A DNA stretch of 64,000 nt from Haliotis cracherodii. Lineage: Eukaryota. The notes under the pieces were generated by a model. That model ran no database searches. It was given only the letters and a program-made list of their open reading frames with translations, and had not been told where the DNA came from. The number at the start of each line of letters is the position of its first letter. Within the stretch, counting starts at the first letter, position 1. Location of the stretch: contig NW_027266308.1 in the NCBI RefSeq assembly GCF_022045235.1, forward strand, positions 15,624,001-15,688,000, in the 5' to 3' direction. Below are positions 25,370 to 38,849 of this stretch, piece after piece. A program made the position numbers and the translations under genes.

Positions 25370-25605
25370 AGTAAGTAAGTGAGATAGGTTTAACGCCGCT
25401 TTTAACAGTATTACAGTTATATCACGCCGTGTCAGCTTAATGTGGGAGGAAAGCCCGAAGTGATGCAGGTCTCAGACGTTTACCACTTCGGTGAAAACCA
25501 CGAGCACGGGTATGGTGCTGACAAACCTAGAAACATAATAGCGGCGAACCAGGATTCGAACCCACAATCATAGGTTTCTGGCGTGCCCAGCGAATCGCGG
25601 CGCCT
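25370..25605 (-). mobile_element. SINE family S4
   Basis: Simple-repeat tail at 25367-25380, gtttaacgccgc, gtgggaggaaagcccgaag, and a B-box-like GGTTCGAATCC on the minus strand. Confidence 0.75.
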
Positions 25606-26229
25606 CAGACGACTGTATGGTTTATGGTGTATGTTGAATGAAATATCTGTAAATCCCGAAAGTCGAAAATTCTATTTTTCAGGAGCCTATCATCCAGAGG
25701 AACAGAGTCTATGTTTCTGATGTGGAGACATGAGTCTTGAAGTGGTTGAAAGCTACACTTATACGGGCCTACTGTTGTCGGATTATCTGGACTACAACCC
25801 ATTGAACAGTTGTAGAGCTAGTTGAGCTCTAGGAATTCTTATATCCAAAAGCAATATTCCAGGAGGAATGCAGTGTAGGACCTTCACAAAGCTCTGCTAT
25901 TCTTTGGTGTGGGTAACTATCAATTACGTTGCTGCAATATGGGGAGCATTTTCACTTTAAAGAGTCCAACGGCGTGGAGCCGTATACGCAGAGTTCCCTA
26001 CCCTCTGGTGTGCTCTGACGTGTTGTGGCATATTTCGGTGTGGAGACGATCCACAATGTGTTGAGGATGAATGTCAAGTTATGTTGCACTGTCCACTCTA
26101 CCATAATCTTACACATATTCTTTTAAAAAAAGTGCAATTCAATCTGTGGTAATTTTAGGGCTTTAAGTGAATGAAAATTTTCTTTAATTTTGTCCAGCGT
26201 TTAAATGATGTATGTATCGGCCAAAACAT

Positions 26230-26880
26230 GCAAACTCTTATTAGAAAAATGAAACAACTTTTATAATTTGTAGCTTAATGTTATGAATATATGTATGTAT
26301 TTTTATTACGTATTTTATTTCTGGAAATGTAATTGCTGTAAATATAGTCTTTCATAACCAATCCTTTAATTCATTTTTATATTGCTTTTATTGTACGAGG
26401 TGAGACTTTAATAAAAAATCTGACTGTGTGTCGGAAGAAGAAGATATCGTTCGAAGTGTGGGCTTGCTGTTGATAATACTGTCCCGAAGGACTCAAGGTG
26501 ATACTACTTCTCCAGTTTTGTAGGAATTTGTCTTTTAGTTTTCGTTCAACATATGAGACTAACCAGGGCGGGGTGCACAAGGAATGGTCATAAAATAGCT
26601 GTGTAACGCCAACATTATTTAAAATTTGTTTTACATTTTACAAACTGTAACCATGGGTACATATTCGCGTTAACGTCACTGTCTAATTACGTAAGGCCAT
26701 TTTCATAAGTAGGCTTATGCCGGAAAGACATAACCTGTTTACAAACTCTAATATTTAAAGGTTCTCGACCTATTCATCATCGACATGAAGTTTGGTGTTG
26801 AATTTCTGAGATCAGATGTCCTCTCTTTATGACATCTATATTTTCAAAACCCCATACTTCCTAGCCGTTTGGCACAAACA
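26230..26880 (-). mobile_element. Degenerate 3' LINE ORF2 fragment
   Basis: ..YVERKLKDKFLQNWRSSITLSPSGQYY resembles the post-RT region of CR1/RTE-X-type LINEs. Confidence 0.4.
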
Positions 26881-27544
26881 CATTGTCAAAACAAGTATAC
26901 GTTCTACTTCTAAATTAACCTGCCGAAAAGGACCGTTCCCTAACTGTCAAAAAAGGGCGATAATACATCTTTATCACACGGTTGAATTAGCAGTTTGAAA
27001 AGACGTGAACAGCTGTCGATGAATTAAGTCAAATGGGCACCTGTTCGCCTTTTCGCTAACACCTAGTATCATCAAAGTATTTCATAGTGATTCATAGACA
27101 CTTGGTTATAGTCGACTCTATGGATATGAAAAGAATTTTGTCGCTTTTATTTTTATTCCGAAGGGAAACGAATTAATCTACTGTATATTCATAACCTCAA
27201 TCATAGCGACGAGATGTATAATAATTAGTAACCACATATGACCATGATGAGCCAGACATTAGAAATAGCTGTATTAAAGAAATATGTCCAATACATGAAA
27301 GATACGCAAAATAAGCACGCACTTCGTACTCATGTCTCGATAATTAGGGACACTAAAATTTCCAATCCGAGACAATGTAATGTTTTCGAAAATAATGCTG
27401 GAGTAAATGATATAACAAATAGAATATTTATACAGGTGACGTCAGACATAACGTCCGATAACTCACACATACTTTATTTAATTTGAGATGTCATGACATA
27501 TCAGGCTATAAGTATAAAAAAACCGAAACCATGCACTCTCGAGG

Positions 27545-27560
27545 GTGTGTGTGAATGTGT

Positions 27561-27591
<31 letters not shown>

Positions 27592-27601
27592 GGGGGGGGG
27601 G
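27545..27601. repeat. (GT)n microsatellite plus G homopolymer
   Basis: Seen directly. Confidence 0.9.
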
Positions 27602-28325
27602 ATAGTGCATAAACGCATTTAAAAAATTGAAATTCACTTGTAGATTCTTACCAAATGAATGAATCATAAAGGCGATATATAGGTTTCATAGGGCAGCTGT
27701 TGATATAACTGAATTACTTTCAGCTGAACAGTTTTCTTTTTCTTTTTAAAAACATCGTACATTTATCCTAAAAATGACATAGAGGGCAGACATAAAGCCG
27801 AGGATGACATATGAGATACCGACAAATTCACTGAAGAGCCTTGCAAATAATATACATGAGATGTTTTAATTTATTTTCTTCCAGATGTGTCAGTCTCACA
27901 TAATCAAATCCCTAGGATTAAAAAGAAAATTCTGATCGTTATACAAAAAAAGTAACTGTGAACATATATCCAACTCTTGATCTAACTGCCTGTGAAATTG
28001 TCACTTAGAAGAAAGAGACAGACGAATACTTTCCTTTCTAATAAAGTACAGGATTTAAGTTGCAATTAGCTCAGCTTTTAGACTGAAATTCATTTCGTGC
28101 TTCTACCATCCATATCGTTTCAGACAATCAAAATAATCCAGCCAAGCTAATCCATTTATTTGATTAATCCAATCCGACGTATTTGCCTAAATACAAATAC
28201 TCTAATTAGACAACTACTGATCATTGTCTGTTGATTTACAAACGAGACAGCTCAAGACGGTCATCTCAGACTTTGACACCGGGGAGAGCGCATGATACTT
28301 GCCTAATTACAGGTTTAGTCTTCTG

Positions 28326-28347
28326 ATTGGCCGGTGATATCTTTATA
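28326..28347 (+). promoter_or_regulatory. Core promoter of gene C (ATTGG-N11-TTTATA)
   Basis: ATTGG 28326-28330, CCGGTGATATC, TTTATA 28342-28347. The same motif precedes D at 33275-33296. Confidence 0.65.
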
Positions 28348-28413
28348 TTCAGACGCCCACAATGTACCAACAGAAAACGATTTGCATGTTTGAAACGATA
28401 CATTTGCATAAAC

Positions 28414-29313
28414 ATGAAGGGATGGAACAAACATATGAAGAATCTTGATGAGAAGGTCGTGTACTGTGCCATCATGGGAGATGAGATGGTCGAAAAGACC
28501 AGCATCTCCGAGAGCTATGCTGAGAAGTCTTTCAAGGAGAATTATGAAGCCACAGTGTTTGACAACTATGTCGTTCCCCTGCACGTAGCCGGAAAGGAGT
28601 TTGTCATCAGCATGTTTGACACAGCAGGAAAGGTATGTTTATTTAGATGTTACATTCAGTAATACTACTTTGTGAATTTCGTGTTAACACTGAGAATAGA
28701 ACCAGTTGCAATATTGACGAAAATTGTTTATAAGATGTGTATGGATAAGCGTGGATTATGTTTAGCTTCAGAAAAGTATCGCATCAAACATTACATTCTG
28801 AATTTAATTGAAGTGTTTCTATCACTATTTAGGTGGCATATATGCGTTTTTGTTGGTTCTATTTACTATACATCGTGTACTGATCTATCCTTCTTACGTT
28901 TACAGAAACGTTTTGAGAGCCTAAGAATGTTCTCCTACAAGGAAAGTGAAGTCCTGCTTTTGTGTTTTTCTACCTTTGACCGGAAGACATTTCACACCGT
29001 CAATGACCTGTGGATGCCTGAACTAAAGAGACACTCCAAACAACACAAACAGAAGAGACCTGTCATCCTCGTGGGCACGAAGATAGACCTCCGAGTCGGA
29101 AATGAAAGAATTGGGGTCAGCACGGACGAGGGTGTCCAGTTGGCCAAGGACATCGGTGCTGACTGCTATGTGGAGTGCTCGGCTAACGACCACAAGGGCT
29201 TGAAGGAGGTCTTTCAGCATGTTGTCTTCTCTGCTCTCAAATTCAGAAATAAGAGAACCAACATTATCCAGAAGATGTTCAGACGCAGAAGTGCCTCTTT
29301 TGTAAATTACTAG
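28414..29313 (+). CDS. Atypical Rho-family GTPase paralogue C, 208 aa, 2 exons (damaged P-loop)
   Basis: Exon1 28414-28632 (AAG|GTATGT), intron 28633-28905 (273 nt), exon2 28906-29313. G1 GDEMVEKT, G3 DTAGK, G4 TKID, G5 CSAN; ends RRRSASFVNY. AATAAA 29595-29600. Confidence 0.88.
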
Positions 29314-32300
29314 ATTCAACAGGCTTTCATGTGATGATGGAAAATTACAAAGTGCAAGCATTATGAGATATCTGAATATTGTTGCAATATGAATGTCAAA
29401 TGAAAATTACATCAACAATGGAGGGAGGGAGATGTTCCACTTTACTTATACATGACATTCATACAAAGGCTTTTCATACATACATTTTATTGAATGACCG
29501 ATTAGTGCTATTTACAACCACGTCCTATGTCTGTTATAAGTGACAATCGTTCTTTCATATATGTTACTGTTTACTGTTATTCGTATTTGCCTTCAATAAA
29601 CTATGTATGTGATATATGATCATCAGAGTCTTGTCGATATGTCTCCTCAATACGATACGTGTTTTGAGCTAAGTCAGCTCTCAATAAACACGAGAAAACG
29701 TTTTCCATAATCATAACAAATATCCATTGTACAGCGTGTATCAAAAGTATGTGTTTATGAATCATTATCAAAAGTGATGATACGAAAAGGCAAGCGTATC
29801 ATGTCCCAACCGGAGATACTCGTCAAATACACAGTTGAAAGAGCATGCTCGAGTATACCTCGAAGGATGTGGAATGTAGACAACAAAGACTGCAGCTGCT
29901 GGAATATTGCTCGACATATGTGGAAATTTGACTCTTGCACAGTCATCCCTCTTGTCGTATGGTCTTGTGGGTTGTTTGTTTTTTCACTCTGAATCTTTAT
30001 GCATAAATCTCTATTTTAAGTTCAGGTGGGTAAATAAGAGGAGGGGATTTAGCTATTAGATCACGAATATGCCTAAAGCTTAAGTTAAACTTCTGGTCCT
30101 AATTCCCACGCAAATGAAACGCAGTTTCGTTTCTACGAGAATACGTTTAAAAGGACTAAACAGTTTTACACGAATGTCTCTTTCGACTGATTTACGTGTA
30201 TGAAAATATATGTCCACACATCATTGACTCTTTTATGTACACTAAAACAGACTGGGAAGATTTAAAAATAAAGCCAAAATAGTATGTTACCGATTTGGAT
30301 TCAATACAGATTTGTCACGGTCAGTTTTGTTAAGGATTTGGAGGCTGGTAGTGTTTATTCGAGGACCAAGTGAACAGTGACCTCGACTTTAATTCTCGCT
30401 ATGTATTTTGATTAGTTCCGTAAGACAAATACCTTAACTGCCCTTTATTGTGCTAAATGTTAGCCTTGAAACAAGAATTCGATTTCCTATACGTGCTGGG
30501 GCATGAGTTCATGTCTCAGCAATTCTGCTGCTTGAAGAAACGTTTCACGTTATATGTTTCTGTCTCTTAAATATAATCTGAAACTCGCGATATTGTGATA
30601 ATGTTTGGATTGAATGAATGAGTGGCTCTTTGAGTACATGTAAATCATCGAAGTTCGGGAAGCATGCACCTATGTATAAAACTTCACTGTCAATGGCTAC
30701 GACGTAGGTGTACAGTAATGAAGGTGCGTGTCAAGGTGAGTTATTTTAGCAATTACCTATAGACTGTCACGCACGTTGTGACATCTATTAGATCACTGGC
30801 CATCTACCACAAATTGCCAAAAGGATATACATGCAATCTATCCAAGGGAGTCGGCAACGAATATTAATACAGGCTCTGCACAATGTATGTTGTGATGTTT
30901 TGCTATTCAAACTATTTTGAATTAATATCTTCAAACAACATACGTTTCACCAACAGTAAAGCAAATGTGTTACACAACAAGAAGAGCAATACCTCTTTTC
31001 TGTTTGAAACAACACAAAGATGAATCCTACGGTCAGACAGCCCATTTATAAAAGTTTTATTGGCCAACTGTATAGTGACCTGAAACCCACTATGTCGCAC
31101 TCGCTGTTCCTGCCGAACAGCTTACAACCATACTAACTCAATCACAGAGCTATATTTACTGGTATTGTCTCACTTTGATAGACATTTCTCGTCTTCCATT
31201 TTTACCAACTTTTGAAAGTCCATCAACGACTTCAATGAACATGTCTCGTCTACCTAAACGGAAAGGAGATGGTAATAATAATGACAATATTCTGTTACAC
31301 CGCAGAAAACAACCAGTGCATTGCAACGACAACGAGGCTATTTGACGGGATGTGATTGGCTTCTGTCCATTGCCGCCTTATCCTTTCATTGTAAAACAAC
31401 AACGAATCCATTCACTTCTATTAATCCAATCAGACGTGTTTCCTTAGCCACTCTGAATCAGACAGCTACAAAATCAACAACGCTAATTCGAAGTGTTTAT
31501 TTGCATACATTTCCACTAATGAGCATGACACAACTAATATGTAAACATATACCAGGATTAAATTAGACATAGCTGCTTTAAAGATAAGTGTGCAAATGCA
31601 TGAAGAGACACAATATCAGCAACCATTTCCCTTAACCTACATATGTCTGGAAAGAAAGCCTCTAAAACTTCTAATCCGTGACTATGTAATGTTTTCGAAA
31701 ATACATAATTGCTGGGGTAAATAATATAACAAATAGATGGTGTGTAGAGGTAGAGTCAGACAATAATTTCAATAATTCGAACTCAAACAAACTTCATTTC
31801 ACTTGAGGTCATGTCATGGCAACCGAAGGTATAAGTATAAATTAATATAAGAAATCTTTGCAAACTCGATGGTAAAACACTGTGCATAAACGCATGTAGT
31901 ACATTATACATTTTTACTCATCATTCACGAGTACATTCTTACCAAATCCTACAGGAGATAAAATAATTAAGTTAGATTTACATCAGCAAGTGTTGATAAT
32001 ATTTACATACTTTCAACTTTACAACTTTCTTATTATTTAAAACATCCTACATATATACTAAAACTAATACACAGATCAAACATAATGCCAAATATGGTAC
32101 ATGCGATAGCGACAAATTCGCTGAAGCGCTGGCAAATAAGGTGCGGGAAATGCTTTTTACTTTCTTCCAGATTTTGTTCGTTCCAGACCAACACAATTAA
32201 TGCTTTACGTTTGAGTAGACAATATAATTGGATCTTTTTTAAATAAATAAGCGTGAGCATACATACGAAACCATCTTTAAATCTCTATGAAATTACTTTG

Positions 32301-33141
32301 TAGAAAAAGAAGCTTACCAACACGTTTCTTTCAAATAAATTACAGGAGTTGAGTTGCAATTAGCTTACTGTTACTTCTATTTTGACATTTTTAATTTTTG
32401 GTGTATTAATTTTTTATTCAAAGAAATCCATTTAGTTCAGCTTGGTATTTTAAATATTTAACTTTTGTTCGTTTTACAACATTTTTGGTATTTTTGTTTC
32501 TTTCCTGGTTAAAAAATCCGTGTCACAATGCTCAGGGTATCTTCCTGATTTTAAATTTACTTCCTGTCATTCAATACCGCATGTTCTCTCAAGACAGACA
32601 TGTTGAATGGGGTACAAAATTTTGTCATTTATTTATTTCAAAATTTAATATTTTATCATAAAATTTCAGCATTTATAAAATGTAAACAAAGTATGTTTGT
32701 TTGTTTAAATGTACAAGGTATAATATTTTGGTGTAAATTTAAGTCTAATTTAAAGGTGCATTCTCACTATTACATTGATAATTTAAAGGTAAATTTATTG
32801 TTTGTTAATTTGATTTATTTTTTATTGTTTTGTTTGTTTGTTTACATTTTTACTTATGAGTATTATTGTTTATTTATTTTAGCTTGTACCGGCTTAACTG
32901 TGTACAGAAATAAATTCTTTATCCCCCACACGTACTTCTAAGATTATAACTGATTTCGTGTCTCCACAATCCATATCGTTTCAGACAATCTAAATTACTA
33001 GTATTTCTACAAAGCTGATCAATTCATTTGATTAATCCAGTCTGACGTATTTGACTAACCACTCAGAATTAGACGACTAAAAACACAAGAAAAAATATTG
33101 GCAGTAGTGCCAGGTATGAGTAGTCATGCGTTTAGCACCAA

Positions 33142-36100
33142 ACAAATACTCTAATTAGACAGCTACTGATCATTGTCTGTTGATTTACAAACGAGACAGC
33201 TCAAGACGGTCATCTCAGACTTTGACACCGGGGAGAGCGCATGATACTTGCCTAATTACAGGTTTAGTCTTCTGATTGGCCGGTGATATCTTTATATTCA
33301 GACGCCCACAAAGTACCAACAGAAAACGCGTTGCACGTTTGAAACGATACATTTGCATAAACATGAAGGGATGGAACAAACATATGAAGAACCTTGATGA
33401 GAAGGTCGTGTACTGTGCCATCATGGGAGATGAGATGGTCGGAAAGACCAGCATCTCCGAGAGCTATGCTAAGAAATCTTTCAAGGAGAATTATGAAGCC
33501 ACAGTGTTCGACAACTATGTCGTTCCCCTGCACGTAGCCGGAAAGGAGTTTGTCATCAGCATGTTTGACACAGCAGGAAAGGTATGTTTATTTAGATGTT
33601 ACATTCAGTAATACTACTTTGTGAATTTCGTGTTAACACTGAGAATAGAACCAGTTGCAATATTGACGAAAATTGTTTATAAGATGTGTATGGATAAGCG
33701 TGGATTATGTTTAGCTTCAGAAAAGTATCGCATCAAACATTACATTCTGAATTTAATTGAAGTGTTTCTATCACTATTTAGGTGGCATATATGCGTTTTT
33801 GTTGGTTCTATTTACTATACATCGTGTACTGATCTATCCTTGTTACGTTTACAGAAACATTTTGAGAGCCTAAGAATGTTCTCCTACAAGGAAAGTGAAG
33901 TCCTGCTTTTGTGTTTTTCTACCTGTGACCGGAAGACATTTCACACCGTCAATGACCTATGGATGCCTGAACTAAAGAGACACTCCAAACAACACAAACA
34001 GAAGAGACCTGTCATCCTCGTGGGCACGAAGATAGACCTCCGAGTCGGAAATGAAAGAATTGGGGTCAGCACGGACGAGGGTGTCCAGTTGGCCAAGGAC
34101 ATCGGTGCTGACTGCTATGTGGAGTGCTCGGCTAACGACCACAAGGGCTTGAAGGAGGTCTTTCAGCATGTTGTCTTCTCTGCTCTCAAATTCAGAAATA
34201 AGAGAACCAACATTATCCAGAAGATGTTCAGACGCAGAAGTGCCTCTTTTGTAAATTACTAGATTCAACAGGCTTTCATGTGATGATGGAAAATTACAAA
34301 GTGCAAGCATTATGAGATATCTGAATATATTGTTGCAATATGAATGTCAAATGAAAATTACATCAACAATGAAGGGAGGGAGATGTTCCACTTTACTTAT
34401 ACATGACATTTATACAAAGGCTTTTCATACATACATTTTATTGAATGACCGATTAGTGCTATTTACAACCACGTCCTATGTCTGTTATTAGTGACAATCG
34501 TTCTTTCATATATGTTACTGTTTACTGTTATTCGTAATTGCCTTCAATAAACTATGTATGTGATATATGATCATCAGAGTCTTGTCGATATGTCTCCTCA
34601 ATACGATACGTGTTTTGAGCTAAGTCAGCTCTCAATAAACACGAGAAAACGTTTTCCATAATCATAACAAATATCTGCTAAAAGCAGAGTCCATTGTACA
34701 GCGTGTATCAAAAGTATGTGTTTATGAATCATTATCAAAAGTGATGATACGAAAAGACAAGCGTATCATGCCCCAACCGGAGATACTCGTCAAATACACA
34801 GTTGAAAGAGCGTGCTCGAGTATACCTCGAAGGATGTGGAATGTAGACAACAAAGACTGCAGCTGCTGGAATATTGCTCGACATATGTGGAAATTTGACT
34901 CTTGCACAGTCATCCCTCTTGTCGTATGGTCTTGTGGGTTGTTTGTTTTTTCACTCTGAATCTTTATGCATAAATCTCTATTTTAAGTTCAGGTGGGTAA
35001 ATAAGAGGAGGGGATTTAGCTATTAGATCACGAATATGCCTAAAGCTTAAGTTAAACTTCTGGTCCTAATTCCCACGCAAATGAAACGCAGTTTCGTTTC
35101 TACGAGAATACGTTTAAAAGGACTAAACAGTTTTACACGAATGTCTCTTTCGACTGATTTACGAGTATGAAAATATATGTCCACACATCATTGACTCTTT
35201 TATGTACACTAAAACAGACTGGGAAGATTTAAAAATAAAGCCAAAATAGTATGTTACCGATTTGGATTCAACACAGATTTGTCACGGTCAGTTTTGTTAA
35301 GGATTTGGAGGCTGGTAGTGTTTATTCGAGGACCAAGTGAACAGTGACCTCGACTTTAATTCTCGCTATGTATTTTGATTAGTTCCGTAAGACAAATACC
35401 TTAACTGCCCTTTATTGTGCTAAATGTTAGCCTTGAAACAAGAATTCGATTTCCTATACGTGCTGGGGCATGAGTTCATGTCTCAGCAATTCTGCTGCTT
35501 GAAGAAACGTTTCACGTTATATGTTTCTGTCTCTTAAATATAATCTGAAACTCGCGATGTTGTGATAATGTTTGGATTGAATGAATGAGTGGCTCTTTGA
35601 GTACATGTAAATCATCGAAGTTCGGGAAGCATGCACCTATGTATAAAACTTCACTGTCAATGGCTACGACGTAGGTGTACAGTAATGAAGGTGCGTGTCA
35701 AGGTGAGTTATTTTAGCAATTACCTATAGACTGTCACGCACGTTGTGACATCTATTAGATCACTGGCCGTCTACCACAAATTGCCAACAGGATATACATG
35801 CAATCTATCCAAGGGAGTCGGCAACGAATATTAATACAGGCTCTGCACAATATATGTTGTGATGTTTTGCTATTCAAACTATTTTGAATTAATATCTTCA
35901 AACAACATACGTTTCACCAACAGTAAAGCAAATGTGTTACACAACAAGAAGAGCAATACCTCTTTTCTGTTTGAAACAACACAAAGATGAATCCTACGGT
36001 CAGACAGCCCATTTATAAAAGTTTTATTGGCCAACTGTATAGTGACCTGAAACCCACTATGTCGCACTCGCTGTTCCTGCCGAACAGCTTACAACCATAC

Positions 36101-36756
36101 TAACTCAATCACAGAGCTATATTTACTGGTATTGTCTCACTTTGATAGACATTTCTCGTCTTCCATTTTTACCAACTTTTGAAAGTCCACCAACGACTTC
36201 AATGAACATGTCTCGTCTACCTAAACGGAAAGGAGATGGTAATAATAATGACAATATTCTGTTACACCGCAGAAAACAACCAGTGCATTGCAACGACAAC
36301 GAGGCTATTTGACGGGATGTGATTGGCTTCTGTCCATTGCCGCCTTATCCTTTCATTGTAAAACAACAACAAATCCATTCACTTCTATTAATCCAACCAG
36401 ACGTGTTTCCTTAGCCACTCTGAATCAGACAGCTACAAAATCAACAACGCTAATTCGAAGTGTTTATTTGCATACATTTCCACTAATGAGCATGATACAA
36501 CTAATATGTAAACATATACCAGGATTAAATTAGACATAGCTGCTTTAAAGATAAGTGTGCAAATACATGAAGAGACACAATATCAGCAACCATTTCCCTT
36601 AACCTACATATGTCTGGAAAGAAAGCCTCTAAAACTTCTAATCCGTGACTATGTAATGTTTTCGAAAATACATAATTGCTGGGGTAAATAATATAACAAA
36701 TAGATGGTGTGTAGAGGTAGAGTCAGACAATAATTTCAATAATTCGAACTCAAACA
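33142..36756 (+). repeat. Segmental duplication, copy 2 (contains gene D)
   Basis: Nearly identical to 28193-31789; ends abruptly at a LINE junction at 36757. Confidence 0.95.
33363..34262 (+). CDS. Atypical Rho-family GTPase paralogue D, 208 aa, 2 exons
   Basis: Exon1 33363-33581, intron 33582-33854, exon2 33855-34262. G1 GDEMVGKT, G3 DTAGK. AATAAA 34546-34551. Confidence 0.91.
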
Positions 36757-37344
36757 CTAACGAAACCAAAAATTCTCCATCCATCGAAAAAAAATCGACA
36801 GAGTATTCACTAAACTCCAAACAGGACACACCAACCTAAATAACCACCTAAAAAAATATAAAAAACACACTACAGGTAACTGCCCACACTGCGAACAACC
36901 AGAAACTCCAGAACACGCACTCATCCACTGCACACACTACATAACACATCGAACCGCATTACAAACCACCCTCAATCTAAACAAGGCTCTCACTCTAGAA
37001 GCAATACTAAACCCATAAAATAAACTAGAAAACTTCTAGGCCTTAGGCGTATTCTTAATAAAAACGGAACTAATAAAACGCTTCTAAAAAAACACAATAA
37101 CCTACCAAATCAAAATCACATAAACAAACAAACATCCACCATACCCAGCTCCCTTAGATCTCCTCCCCAACCCCATCGGCATCTATTCCAAATCTCAAAA
37201 TTCCCAAATTCTATATAAGCAACCCCTAAACACCCCTCTTGGGTTGCACAGACCACTTTCGCTCCTTTCGGGAACACATTAATTTGCCTGGCCGGGCCCG
37301 TGTGCGAAATACGCATCAGTCGGAAAGCGCACGTTAAATCTCCA

Positions 37345-37384
<40 letters not shown>
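36757..37384 (+). mobile_element. 5'-truncated I/Nimb-clade LINE (3' end)
   Basis: Translates ..DRVFTKLQTGHTNLNNHL..GNCPHCEQPETPEHALIHC.. (I-clade C-terminal zinc knuckle), followed by the 3' UTR and a (TAAG)n tail at 37348-37384. Confidence 0.85.
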
Positions 37385-38848
37385 CACACTCTGCGCCAAA
37401 ATGGCAAATCTTCAGAGAGCTGAGTTTGTTACTTCACAGAGAGGCGGTCAACAAGTGCTTCATGCTGGATACCGATACAGACTGAATGTCAAGCATCAAC
37501 TTGCAGTTCACTTCAAGTGTGTAATTCCTGGCTGCAATGGAAGATGTAGCACTATCTGCGACCACATCGCATCCACTCTGCACACTCATCCTCCTGTTGA
37601 GAATGCAGATCACATCAGAATGATAGCCAGAATGAAGGAACATGTCAAGACTGACATCAAGTCGGTTCTGCCAGTTCCTGAATCCAGAGCCAACGTCAAC
37701 CTGGAAGATCCATGGACCAAGACAGAAGATGGCAGAGACGTCCTGTGCGTAGATGTGCGTAGATGACAGACTACTGGCGTTTGCAACCACTGAGATGTTG
37801 GAAATACTGAGTGAAGCTGACATCATGTTTATGGATGGTACTTTCTTTGGTTGCCCTAGCTTGTGGTTGCAGGTGGTCATTATTCATTGTCTGGTGGATG
37901 GCAAAATGTATCCTGTGGCATTTTCACTGCTCCCAAACAAGACCAAGCAGACTTATGTTAGATTATTTAGATTGTTGAGGGACATTGTTGGTGTAAGGTC
38001 TGGTGTAGAACTCTCCCCAGATGTGACCCAGATAGACTTTGAATCGGCTGTCATCAGTGCTGGCAGTGAGATCGTCCCTGACAGCTCAGTTGGGGGCTGT
38101 TTTTCCCACTATGCCCAAGCTTCGTGGCGTCAAGTTGCTGACAGAGATCTTTGGCGAGAGTAGATGAACAATCCTGCAGTACAGAGCCACGACCGACGAG
38201 CTGCAGCTTTGCCACAACTGTAACTGGATCAAGTCCAAGATGCTTGGATTGAAGTTATAGAGCAGGGCCCAGATGGTCAACAGATTTCCACCTTCAATGA
38301 CTTTGTAACAAGTACCTGGGTAGAAGACGACGCTAGATTTCCCTTTAATATCTGGAACCATCACGAGAACACTCGCTCCAACAAACACCTGGAGGGGTTT
38401 CACACTGGACTAAAGAAGAGAATGCCCCGGTCACATCCCAACATCTACCAGTTCATAAAAGAAATCAAGAAGTTTGAGACAGCAGATAAACGTTCTAGAT
38501 GACAGACAGGTCTTGGTGGTGCTGTTAAACGCCGTGCACGTATTGACAAAAACAGAGATGCCCGACTTGAGAGACTGAAGCTACACCTCGCAACTGGGCG
38601 AAAAACTGTGATGCAGTTTCTAGATGCAGTTGGACACTTGGTGAAATTACAGTAATTGTTATGTGACTGATGAATTAGTGTATCACACATGTACTTGATT
38701 AACTTATGTGACTGATGATGATGGTGATGATGATGATGATGTATGTTGAATATATGACCTGATTAAAGTATACATCATCATAAACCCTATATTTGTTTTG
38801 ATAAGGGCGTAGGCGAAATGGGGTGTAGGCGATATGAGGTCAGGCCAC
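37385..38848 (+). mobile_element. Mutator-like (MULE) transposon with a decayed FLYWCH-MULE transposase (37401-38655)
   Basis: FLYWCH-type N-terminus (TSQRGGQQVLHAGYRY..FKC..C..HTHPP), then FMDGTF, YPVAFSLLPNKTKQTY, IDFESA, GCFSHYAQA, SNKHLEGFH. A 10-bp duplication (gtgcgtagat, 37745-37764) shifts the frame, and there are stops. Repeated gtaggcga subterminal motif at 38805-38835. Confidence 0.88.
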
Positions 38849-38849
38849 A

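Larger units (their letters stand above)
28193..31789 (+). repeat. Segmental duplication, copy 1 (about 3.6 kb, contains gene C)
   Basis: Nearly identical to 33142-36756 (offset 4949 at the gene). Confidence 0.95.

Noticed and set aside
28327-28413. N-terminal extension MAGDIFIFRR.. for C and D
   Set aside because: It starts at a TTG inside the CCAAT box, upstream of the TATA. The ATG at 28414 matches all paralogues.
28672-29313. 213-aa ORFs (also 33621-34262) as full proteins
   Set aside because: The N-terminal part is intron read in frame. The 273-nt intron has canonical GT/AG ends and an in-frame TAA at 28660-28662, so retention truncates the protein; the real product is spliced.
29755-31566. 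Short ORFs duplicated at 34722-36533
   Set aside because: Their identity just reflects the recent duplication; no coding signal.
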